A stretch of DNA of 64,000 nucleotides. Origin: Amoebidium appalachense (taxonomy: Eukaryota; Protista; Ichthyosporea). The notes under the pieces were generated by a model. The model saw nothing but the letters and a program-made list of their open reading frames with translations. It made no database searches and was not told the origin of the DNA. Positions 27,008 through 52,810 of this stretch are shown piece by piece. Both the position numbers and the translations under genes were made by a program. Where the stretch lies: NCBI GenBank assembly GCA_963693365.1, contig CAVNZM010000009.1, positions 9,281,408-9,345,407 on the forward strand. The letters run 5' to 3'. The stretch's first letter is position 1. Each line of letters starts with the position of its first letter.

Positions 27008-27812
27008 GTGTAGGCTACACATGTGTGCTAGCGTGTGTCACGGTACGGGCGGGGCCGATCGATAAAGTGTTCATAGATTTGATTGGATGAATGCTTTGAG
27101 TAAAGACATAATTGGAAAATGAATCAGTCGGCTGATTGGATCCCAGGATCCCCCGAGACCTTACCAATAAGATACGATCGGGCCGATGCTAATCAATGTA
27201 GGAACCATCAGCCTCGCGGACAAGCTCTTCAGGAAATAAAACGAGATTTCATACGCGTTACATGTAGGCATGAAAATAAATACATCGATATGCCAAGCAG
27301 CACTATCTGCATGCTCCCTTATTTCTTCCTAGGCGCAGTAGCCTACAAACTTTTTTCGCAATCATTGTGATCACCACTTTGCGCACCTCTGTAACTTAGT
27401 AAGCCAATTACAACTTCGAAAATCAGGGTTTGGTTACGAATCGTAACGACCCCAAATACGGTTTAGGAAATCCCGCAATACGATTTAAAGGGGGCATCCC
27501 ATTAGTAAAAACGACCCTGAAGGGTGTCAAATTGCTCGGAATTTGCCTAAATACGATTAAGAGCGCCAAACCCAGGCAACCGCTGTCGAATTAAGTTAGA
27601 CCAATCGTTGGATTGATTGGCTCATACGAAGAAAGCCTCTAGCCATATATGGTTCGCTATAAACCAAAACAAAGACCGCGACAAAAGGCTCCCACGCGAT
27701 ACTCATGTTTACCATTCCCTTGTGCTTAGGTTCCATAGCACGCTTTTGTTTTCCCTGTAGCTCGCGTAAAGAGAAGACAAGGGCACAAAACCGTAGTTTT
27801 GTCAGGGGGAAG

Positions 27813-29648
27813 ATGCGCTACATATCAACAGTTTTAGTGCTGGCTGTTAGTGCCAGCACGCTTGCTTCTCCGTACGGTGCATACGTTTTGAAAGTTACGG
27901 ACCAGGAAAAGTGTGTAGGTGCCAAGGGAAAAGACAGCACAGAGCTCACTATTGGGGACTGTACTGGTGACAGCGCGCAGCTGTGGGAGTGGCGGTCTAA
28001 TAATTACCAGTGGAGAAATCAGCTGACGGAGAAGTGTCTGACACGTAAGTGCACGTGATTATGAAGAAATTAATGTGCATCATGCTCGATGTGTGTAGAG
28101 AATGGGGTGTGTGTGGTGGTGGTTGATGTGGAAGAGTGGAGTTGCGGGGGGTGTTACTGTTTGCTCGTTTGAGAAATTATGAATGTATGGTCTAGCTGGG
28201 CCTTTATGTGGTTACATAAGAACGTCAAAGTTGGTTTTAGTTATAATTAACTGTGTGGTGTTGCTTCCTCGCTTTCAGAATGCAGCAATTTAGATTCTGC
28301 CTATTCTTGTCCTGTTCAAGTTTGTATCACGCCCGTTTCTGTGTCCTTGCCATTAGGCATAATTACAGTGGCTTGGGAATCTGAAGGCTTTAGAAAGAGC
28401 ATATGCAGTTTTTTGTGAGTGCACTTCTGAGGTGCATGGACAACGAGGAAGAGCCCGGGCGTTCCGAGTGCTGTTTTATGTCCCACTTTTATGTGACGTT
28501 CGTTTGGGTACTGCGCGTGAAGGGATGGTGCCTGTAATACTATGTATATGTGTACGACAATGTGTATGCCGTGTCCGGTATAATAGTCCGTTTGTTTTCG
28601 TGCAAGCCGTATCTTTTGCATGAGCTCGTGTTTCAAACGTGTGGGGGAAAACTTGACGCACGTGCACATTGCCTGCTAAGTCCACCTGCAAACATGTGCT
28701 CACACTCTCTTTCTTTCCTGTTCGCACCCTCTGCACCTCCCGTCGATTGTATACACATATACGTATTAGTCTTTTATCTTTCATTTGCACAAAACATAAG
28801 ATAAGATTACATGCCCCCCCTCCCCCTCCCCTCCCTCCCTCCCCCCCCACCCAGTCCCCCCCCCCCTCTCTCTTCCCTCACTCACACACACACACCTAAA
28901 ACAACCTACCTCCTCGTCACTCCGTTCCCTTCCATCCGCATCCCCCCCCGTCCCCCCCCCCCCCCCCTTCAAAAAAAAAACCCCCCTTCTTCCATTCTCC
29001 AGTCGCTACTGTCCATCTTCCGTTCCGGCCCCCGCCTCTCTTCTGTCTTCCACCATAACCAAGAGTTAGTCCATGGTCCCTGTTTCATTAAGTCTCTCAT
29101 TTGGTAAATTATTCATATTCCGATTTGTTTATTTTTCCCCGTGTCCTGTGTACTAACCCATCCACTCCTACCCCTTTCCGCGCAGTCACCCGCCCAGGCG
29201 AAGGCGCAAGCACCCCCGCAAAACTCGACGATTGCAAATCTAGCAATGACGGCCAAATTTTCAGACCCCCTCCATCTGGCCCATTTGTGAGCGTGGAAAT
29301 TGAAGCCTGCCCCGCACCATGCACAGAGGGGGGAAGCGACCTGTGTGCGTTTGACGACATTAAAAACGATTGGTGTAACACAGTAGGAAAGGAGATTTAC
29401 AACCGAAAAATGGAGGCGAAGATATATTGCGATATGGATAAGGCGAAGGGAGAATGGAAACGTGAAAATGAGACGGCGTGCACTAAGGATTGCGGTGGGG
29501 GTACTAAGAAGATAACGTATGTGTGTGGGGCTGTGAGTGGGGGGTATCAGAATGCATGCTGCATTGACGATGATATGCCCTCTACTACAAAGGTCTGCAA
29601 CCTCATTGCTTGTGGTGAGTAACTTAATCCCTCTCCGCCCTCCCCCCC

Positions 29649-29703
<55 letters not shown>

Positions 29704-31562
29704 AAAAAGAAAAGAAGAAGAAGAAGAAAAAGAAAGAAATAAAGAAATAAAGAAAGAAAGAGAGAAAGAAAAAAAAGGAAAGAAAAAAGAAAAGAAAGAA
29801 AGAAAGAAAGAAAAGAAATAGAGGGAAAAGAGAGAAGACACGAAAAGGGGGGACTTGAAGGAAAGGAAAGGAAATAAAGGCAAAAGGAAAAGTGAAAGGC
29901 AAAAGAACCGTACAAGCACAAACCGCCTCCCTCACCGAAACTTCTCCTGTTTATACTTCGACCTCCCTCCCCACTTCCTAAATTCTCGTATCATTCCATC
30001 ATTTTTCTCCCTCACCCCCCCCCCCCCCCCCCTCTAGTCCCCCTCCCCCCACCCCCCGGTCCCTCCCCCCCCCCCTCCCCCCCCCCCCCCCCTCCTTCCC
30101 CCGTCTCCCCTGCTTATGATTGATACTCCTGCATATGCCTTGCAGAATATGCGTTGTGTTGTCCGTCGTGAATGTATCCTTCGTACTCTGTAACACATTC
30201 TAACCTCCTCCTACCCCCCTAACCCCCCCTTCCCCCCCCTCTCCCCTGCCACCCCCCTCCCCCTCCCCCTCCCCCTACCCCTCATTCCATCTCCACCACA
30301 CAGATGCCAAGCTTGAAGACTTCTACGTGCTCAAGTCTGCCGATGGCAATAAGTGTATTGATGGAAGTGGGAATGAGGCAACACTGTCAGACTGCAGCAA
30401 AGAGGCTAAGGATGAACAGCTGTGGATACAGGCGAGAAACCTGTGGGTCAACAAGAAGACAAATAACTGCCTGGCTGGTAGGATTATCTCTCTATTTCTC
30501 CTTTTCTCTCTCTGTGTTTCTCTATTTTCTCCCTCCATTTCTCTCCATTTCTCTCTCTCTCTATCCCTCGATTACTCTCTATACATACACACATGTTCGG
30601 GTGTGAATTTCCTTGTCTCTCACTGACTCTCCTCCCCCCCTCCCCCCCCCCCCCCCCGCCCCCGCCCCCGCCCCCCTCCCCCCCCTCCCCCCCCCCCCTC
30701 CCCCCCCCCCCCTTCCCTCTCACTCACTCACTCACTCGCTCCATCTCTATTTATGTATATGTACTCGCATGACCTAGAATATGCCTTGGTGGGCTAGATT
30801 TTCATCCCTCTTTGTTTTTTCCTCCATCTCTTTGTATATATGTATATACCTTCTGTGGCTCACTCTTATTCTGACACACACTCCTGAACACAAACTCACA
30901 CACTTTCTGCCTATCTCCCCCCCCCCCCCCCCCCCCCCCCTCCCTCCCTCCCTCCCCCCTTTTTCCCACCACCAATCACCACCATTGCCGTTCTTAAGCT
31001 ATTCTCCCCGTCTAACCTATCTGCCTTCCCTTTCCTTTCCATCTGTTTTTCACTGTAATTCATAACTCCCCCCCACATTCTCCCTTCTCCCTCTCCTTCC
31101 CGATGCCCGGCCCAGTCCTATCCTCCCCTCTCCCCCCGTCCCCCCTCCCCCCCCCCCACAAAAGAAACGGAGTGCTGGAATGCTGCACGTGTGACCCCAA
31201 AAAACACTATCGGACCTTATGAACAGGGATTGTTTGTGCATGTAGACGAGGGCAGGGGGGGATTTTGGGGTGGGGGGGGGGGGGGGGTAGGGGGGGGGGC
31301 AAGGTTGGTTGCTTCGGTGCTAAAAATTGTGGTAGAGCTCAGTGTATGTGGTTCGTTTGTTGTCCTTTTGATTAATATTTATTCAAGTCTTACGACCTCC
31401 TCACCCAACATCCCTCTTCCCCCCCTCCCTCCCCCCTCCTTCCCCCCGGCCTATCATAACCACACCATCAAAATACAAATCACGCACACGCACATGCACA
31501 CGCACACGCACGCACACGCACGCACGCACGCACACGCACACGCACACACACACACACACACA

Positions 31563-31613
<51 letters not shown>

Positions 31614-32758
31614 ACACACACACGCAACAGTGCCCCAGTACTTCAGCTGTGACAAGCCCAATGTTGTGTCTGTGGCCGAGTGTGAGCCCACTGACGCAAT
31701 GCAGAAAATGCCAAAGCCAGTGCCTAATGCTCAGGTATGCACTGGGTCCTATCCACACATTCCAGAGGATAAACTGCACATAACAGAAGATCAAGCACCT
31801 TAGTATTAGATAACAATAATCACAGGACGACTGTAATTTCTATTTGTCATTAGAGAAAGTGAAATAGATCAGATGAAGGAAAAGAACAGATAGAAAGATG
31901 GCATTGATAGGCTATTGGAACGGGAAGAGAAGAGAGGGTTTTGAGGGCATATTTTCATAAAATGCACAAGCGCATAGCTCTCCTATTTCCGGGGGTGGCC
32001 TCATTTGCTCTTACCAACGCCACCACACATGCAGACACTTAGGTGGATGAGTACTCCCATCCACCTTTCACCCACCCACCCACACACACTCACACACCCA
32101 ATCCCGTGCCCCCCCCCCCCCCCCCCCCCCTCGCCCCCCTCCTCCCTTCCCCCCCCCCCCCCCCCGCCGCCGCCGCCGCCCATACCCACTCCTCAACACA
32201 CTCCTCAACACACACAGGATGTGAACGTGTGTGTTGGCCCCTGCACGGATGGCAGCAAGGCATGTGGGTTTAGAAGCAACGATGATGGTGTGCAGTCATG
32301 GTGTAAGACACCAGAGTACAGCGACAGCAACACAAACAAGAAGATGGGCGCTGTGAAGTTCTGTAGCACCGACGGGGCTGTTTGTGGTTCAGGTGAGTCC
32401 ATGTCCCCCTCCCCCCCCACGCACACACACACCCCCTTCCCCCCCCCCTCCCCCCCCCCTTCCCCCCAATTCCCCACCATCCCCCCCCCAGCCCCCCCCC
32501 CCCACACACACACATACGCACACACCCTTCCCCTCCCCATTACGCCAAGCCAAGAACAAGCGACATAATCTATAAAAATAGATCTAAAGCATAGGGAACC
32601 CTAAGACTATTCAGTAGCAACAAGGAGAGAGAGAAGAAAGGAGACATCATCATCTTCCGTCCCTCCCCTCCAACTCTCGGACTTAAAAAGCTCTTATGCC
32701 CTTTTCACTGCTGGAACACACGTGCGCACACACACACATGCACGTGCGTGCGCGCGCG

Positions 32759-32854
<96 letters not shown>

Positions 32855-34576
32855 CTGCACAGATACCTCTTCCGACACCACCTCTCCAACTTCGCCTTCA
32901 TCAGGTTTTGCATTGATGACATCATGACACCGTATTGATGAAGAAATTTCTAACCCCCCCCCCCCCCAAAAAAAAAATAAAAAAATAAAAAAATAAAAAA
33001 AAAATAAACAGCACCAGCACCCAGTTCTTCATCTTCCTTACCATCTTCGTCTTCCTCATCTGAGTCAACCTCGACCACATCCGAGTCTACCTCTACCTCT
33101 ATCTCAACCTCGATCGAGACAACACCTGCCACTACAGAGGAACCAACAACCACGGCCGAGCCCATCCCTCCTCCGGCCACGGAACCAGCAGTGCCTGAAC
33201 AGCCCACGCCCGAGGCAGCTGCTACTACCGCGGTAAGCATTCCCCCTCCCTCGATAGTGGAAACCCCATCCTCTGAACCAGCACCCACTTCTGAGGCACC
33301 CACAAACCCTCCCTCGGAACAGGCAACCATTCCTCCTCCCACAGTGGCCGACACAGCCACCCCCACCGACAACCCATTCCCTCCTCCCTCGGAAACATCA
33401 TCCTCGGCCCCGGTAGTGGCTCCCACCTCTAATGCTGCCCAGAGACCCTCTAGCCCATCTGCCAGCCCCTCTCCTTCCTCTTCCTCTGCGGCTGCCAATA
33501 CCGGAGCACCAAGTTCCACCGAGGCTGTGCCTGAAAGTATGCCCCCCCCCCCCCCCCCCCCCTCCCCCCCCCTCCTCCCCTTCTCCCCTTCTCCCCCTTC
33601 CCCCCCCCCCCCCCCCCCCCCCCCCCTCTCCCCTCCCTCAGCCGCCGCCCACTCTCCACGCTCTCCCTGGACCTTCTCTTGGTTTGCCCATATCCTTTTT
33701 TCGAAACTTTCAACTCGCTCCTCCTTGCACGACCAAGCTAGAATACAGTGTCGCAATTGTACCCTACTTTCATAGTCTAAGTTAGACATCTGCAAGTACT
33801 TAACTTCTCAACGTACGCGTGTCCCTATATTCTCCCCCTGTTTTCTTCTTTCGTTTTTGATACTGATTTGCGCATTTGCATCATATTTTCCAATTTCATT
33901 GGATTCAAGCCCCGCAGCAACGACATAATTGCTGTGGCTGGCAGTACTTAGCTGCAACCCCCCCCCCCCCCCCCCCCCCGGGGCGCAAACACCCTCATCT
34001 CTCCCCCCCCCCCCCCTCTCTCTGTCTCCCCCCCCCCCCCTTCCTCTCCCTCCCTTTCCTCCCTTTCCCTCGTTCTCTCTCTCTCCCTCTCTCCCCTCTC
34101 CCCTCTTCCCCCCCACCCCTCCCCCGGGGGTAAACTACATGTTGAATGAACATTTTCAAGTGTGTTCATTACACCCGTCAGTTTCACATACGACCCTATT
34201 AGTAACCATTTCCACATCACGCGTGGTCACTTATAATGATTTCTGTCCTCATTTTTCTCCTCTTACCTCTTATTCCCTTGCGTATACAGCCGAGAAAGAC
34301 TTTGGGCCGTGGAGCAAGTGCAGTGTGACGTGTGACAAGGGCATCCAAGATCGTCAGTGCACTGTTGCTGGCAGTCAGTTCTGCCAGGGGGCCACCATAA
34401 GACTCTGTGATGCTGGTCCCTGCCAGCGTAGTGCGGTTGTTGCTGATGGTAAAGCAAATACACATCATCAGGTGAAGAAGGAAAAGAAAGAAGAGAAGGA
34501 GGAGGGAAAGAAGGAGAAGAAGGAGCATAAGAAGGGGAGGAGAAGTGTGTGGATGTGGCTGTTTGGAGCTGAGTGA
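27813..34576 (+). CDS. Secreted protein with two ricin-B-like lectin segments, two TSP1 domains and a Ser/Thr/Pro mucin stalk (7 exons)
   Basis: Exons at 27813-28044 (signal peptide MRYISTVLVLAVSASTLA; KCVG..LTIGDC..AQLWEW..RNQLTEKCL), 29186-29614 (CTKDCGGG..CNLIAC), 30304-30477 (KCIDG..LSDC..EQLW..NKKTNNCL), 31631-31735, 32218-32392, 33012-33536 (S/T/P/E-rich) and 34290-34576 (FGPWSKCSVTCDKGIQDRQC..CQG..RLCDAGPC, then a Lys/Glu tail and TGA). GT-AG boundaries have compatible phases. Confidence 0.85.
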
Positions 34577-35614
34577 GTGGAATGATTATTGGGTGCATGG
34601 ATGTTACTATGTGTTACTATGCACACATGATTTGCTGTTAATACAATGTTAGTATGACAGAGGTTTATTGTTATAGGTCTAGATAGAGAGCTTGTTGAAT
34701 AACTACTATTAGAGAATAAGGAGACCGATCCGATGTTAATAGATGGCTGTTGGTAACAGTATAGACAACACAAAGAAGACTTGGAAAAATAAGGCCCCGT
34801 GGGCTCGTGATATCACAGTTTTTCAACCCTTTTACCCTTTTATCAACAGAAAATATCTGGAAATAGTGGTATGTGCTAGCAACGAGGCGCATGTACATGA
34901 CCCAGTGTACAGGTCCTGGTGAACCGTGGTGTATATATAGGCAGTCACCTGGTGGGTGGCAACACACTGCATCTCGAGCTCGAGGGCAATAAATTCGATT
35001 GATATTTTAAGTATACCAATTATTTTATAGTGAAACTTAGCGCAAATCGAGTTCGCACACCGGGGAAGGTCGTACAGGTGCTCAAAATGGCTACAGCAAA
35101 GCCGCCGTATTTTCGATTGCACATCTATGCAGAAGCGCAAGTCTTCATGTTACCAACCTTTCAAACTTTTTGCAAAGAAACTTTTATGTGGTGCTTTGCC
35201 TCTTATGACCAAAGTTGCCCACAGATCGGATGTGAAATTTAAAGGGGATCCATAGGAAGAGTGCAACCAAACCTTGGAGATGAGAAGATCTGAGCATGAT
35301 TATGTGAACTATGAAACAGGTGAACTCACTTGTGGCCCATGGTCCCAATCAAATTATTGCACTGTGTAATACAATGACAAAGGATGCAGCAGACCTAATT
35401 GAACAATCATTAAGAAGACTCCTAGGCATTTAACACTCATAAGTGCTCTGTGCGAGGGCAACACGTTCACGTATACACAAGCGCCGTACACACACGTACA
35501 CAAAAAACGTTTTCTAATCGATTTGAAATCTCCTGCACCCGCTGCCCCGGCCCATACACACACACTGCTAGCTCTTGCGCATGCACACTGCGCGCAGTGC
35601 ACACACACCTAAAT

Positions 35615-35660
<46 letters not shown>

Positions 35661-35762
35661 GGGTACGGTTCTGCGGTTGATGGGGATGCAAAAATCATGG
35701 GGTTGGTGTGTATGTACATACGTATATGCCTGCCTATAGCTAGATATTCTCCGGAAGACCAA

Positions 35763-35846
35763 CCGGTAGCTTGCAATAATTGTATGCTGATATTAGGAGT
35801 CCACCCGGTAGCTTGCAATAATTGTATGCTGATATTGGGAGTGCAC
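35763..35846. repeat. 42-bp tandem duplication
   Basis: ccggtagcttgcaataattgtatgctgatattRggagtSca occurs twice. Confidence 0.9.
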
Positions 35847-37175
35847 CATGGGGGAGCTCGAGTGACCCTATAAGATATCACCAATGTACGGACATGCTCA
35901 CTGTGGTGTTTTGTTGTTTATTTTGCCACGTGGTCTGTTAAACCTCGTTGAATCAGCCTTGCGCGGAGAGAGCAATTAAATTGTTTGTGCAGTAATCCCC
36001 ATATCATACATACAATGTGCACAAGTTGTTAATAATCCGATATATATATATATATATCGTGACGTACACGAGGCCATCAAATGTACGCACGTACGCACAC
36101 ATGCGCGCGCGCACGCACGCACGCACGCACACGCACACACGCACACACACAAGTACACAGAGTCAAAAGCATGTGTCTAACGCGTGCACACTACACAAGC
36201 ACACGTATGCGCACGGACACAGGTGCACCGAGGCACATAAAAAGCACAGCCTCAATCTAGAGAGCAGTGCAATATTTCAGGAATCACGATATTTCAAGTG
36301 AATGTTTTTGATATGCATCCGCTTTATTTCAATATCTTCTTTGTGTGTCAAAGCATCCTGTGGGGGTTTGCTCTAATCGGGTTTTATCTTCAGGCCTTGA
36401 GAATGGTGTCGAACAACGACTAGTTACACACATCCGTACATAAACCGATTCTTGCAAGGCGGTACTAATCCTGCCCAGTCTGATACCATCATGTAAATAC
36501 ACATATGGTGCTTTCCGCTAGGCACAGGGTTGCATATGAGATGCTGACAAACTAAATCTTGTATTTTTGTCTTGGATTTTTCTATAGACGATATATTATG
36601 ATTCATACGTACGATCATCCAAGGTGCTATGCCAAAAAAAAAAACAGTGTGGTAGGAGGCCCAAGAGGAGTGATACTGTGTATGGAAATGTTCTTTCCCA
36701 TGCAAAAAACACGGAAAAACAACCCAGAAAGCAGGGCTTTCCACATTCCCGCGATGCACACTCCCTAGTTCCGCACAAGATGTGTTGCTTAGACGTAGCG
36801 ATTACCCTCTTTGCCAGGTCTGTAGGTGAAAACAAAAAGATAGTCAGTAATCAAGCCAAGAATGGTGTAATTAGGGCACAAAAAAACAGCTGCTAACAAT
36901 ACACACACACACAATTTCAAAAACACACACACACACGCTAACACCCACCCACCCACCCACCCACGCACTCGAACCCACCAAACATGCCCCTCCCCCCTCC
37001 CCGAATCGCTACCATACACAAACCTACAAGCACTAACAAAGGCTAACAGGCGCGCACACACACCAACCCCAAATACACCCACATCCACCACCAACGACAA
37101 GCATACACCTACAGCACGATCCCCCCCGCCTTCGCCCCCACCACCACCACCACCACCACCACCACCACAAAAAGA

Positions 37176-37218
<43 letters not shown>

Positions 37219-37749
37219 ACAAGCGCCACCACCCACCACAACCACCTACACATCCCCACCACTCCAGCAACACACAAATTCTTCTCTAGGCACAAGCAGA
37301 GAAAGCGGAGGAAAAAGGAGCCACCAGGGACTGCACCCATTCATTTTTCACACAACACAAAACACAAAACAATTCATGCGGAAAAAGGAACAGCCTGAAG
37401 CTTTAAAACACCCTCATGTGTCGATTCCGTTTGCCAAGATTGAGGCAAGATAGACCAAACAGACATAAGGGAGAATGTGTCGGGCAAGAATCTGTGTGTT
37501 TGCACGCGTGTTTGTGTGCAGGTGCCCATGTGTCTTGTGTATGTATGTGTGTGTGTGTGTGTGTGTGGGCAATTCCCCTCCCCTCCCCCCTCCCCCTCCC
37601 TCTCTCTCATCCCCCCCCCCCCCCCCCTCTCCCCCCTCTCTTCTCTGTCACTATTAAGGTCTATCTAGTATTAATTTTTGAAGAGAGAGGGGGGGGGGGG
37701 GGGGGGGGGGGGGACACATGCCTACACAAGGTCAGTATATCACTGCTGA

Positions 37750-49114
<11,365 letters not shown>

Positions 49115-49869
49115 TGCACACAAATACTACCAGAGAATTGTTTATATAAGAGCGACTGATATATACTCTGTGTGTGATTGTCTTATAGGTCCACCTGAAA
49201 CTGCAATAGAAATATCGTATAAATAATTTGTATGTTTATATGTAGAAGTTATATACTTCTTTATAAATAAGAACAACAGGATCACACTCACTCGGCAGAA
49301 GCATCCTCGACCATGGCAGCGGCTCCTGTGCGGCAACACGTCAGTTTTTTGTTTGTTACAAAAGACAAACAAAAACAAAAACAAATAAGAAGAATCAAAT
49401 GTTTGTTGGATCATAACGCCACGAAAGAACCTCTTTCTGCACGTATGTACACAACCCAGTGGCCTTCGGGGATATGTTCTAGCTAGTGATGCCACTCCCG
49501 ACAAAAGCTATCAAAGAAAGCGCAGAGCCAGAAAACACGAAAGGAACGTGGCCGCAATCTTATCAGGAGACCGTCACGAAGGGCTAACAGGTTAGCACCG
49601 CCCACAAGCTTGAACATTTGCCCCCCCCCCCCCCCCCCCCCCACCCTTTCCCCTCATAATGAAAAAATAAAATTAATAAATAAAAGAAGGACAACCCCAA
49701 AGATGTGCAAGTTTCGAAACAGGATCGAGAAGAAAAAGCGCAGAAGTGGCAGGATAATGTTAGATATTGTGAAGCCGGATACGACACCATCGGGTAGGCA
49801 GAAGGAGGAATGAATGAATGGGGAGGAGCAGGGGAAAGGCGGCGGGGGAGACGGGCATGGGAGACGGGG

Positions 49870-52154
<2,285 letters not shown>

Positions 52155-52810
52155 ACCATCCTCGCCGTACAGTTCCTTGTCATCACCATAGTCGATGTCG
52201 TCGTCTGCCATCCTGTCGTTCAGCGCCTATAAACACTATAGACCTAAATGCTGCGAATAGAGTATCGAACAGGTATGTTTTGTCTATTTAGTGTTCTAAT
52301 AACGACGAAAAACATTAAAAACATTGAAACATAACAACGCCCGTACAACTGAGACAGCCAGCGTCAAATAGAAAAAGCCCACGGTCCACCCGGCTGTGAC
52401 TTTGGGTGAAGATTCGTTATTACGGATAGATGATACAGGAAATCAAATCTTGCGCCAATTTCGGGTTCTGGGCAGCCTGCAAAACAAGTTCTTTACAGCC
52501 TTAAAATACCGGAGATCTTAAATATCTATTTCGCACCCTGTCCTGGACAGCCCGCCCCCGCACTGCCGCAGTCACAGCCTGCCACAACTTCCAGTCTGCG
52601 CAGTCCGGTAAAAAAAAAAGAAAAGAGGCAAAAAAAAAAGAAACGAAAAGAAGCAGGGTTCTTTACATTTTTGGAAAACGGTGTTCTTCTGGAGCAAGAA
52701 GGCAGGCCTTTTTTTTATATTTACAATTTGAAGCGTTAGGAGCTTTCAACCTCGCACATCCCTGCAGAAAACAAGTCTTTTTGAACAAAGCTTGCAAGGA
52801 CTCGCAAAAC

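Noticed and set aside
27423-27575. Possible CAGGG-type TIR element in a CCAAT-rich region
   Set aside because: The inverted repeats are poor and I found no target-site duplication.
32950-33795. 281-aa minus-strand ORF
   Set aside because: It is antisense to the mucin-like exon.
34700-35340. Complex, repeat-free sequence that might be a coding remnant
   Set aside because: The frames I read had stops and no recognisable motif.
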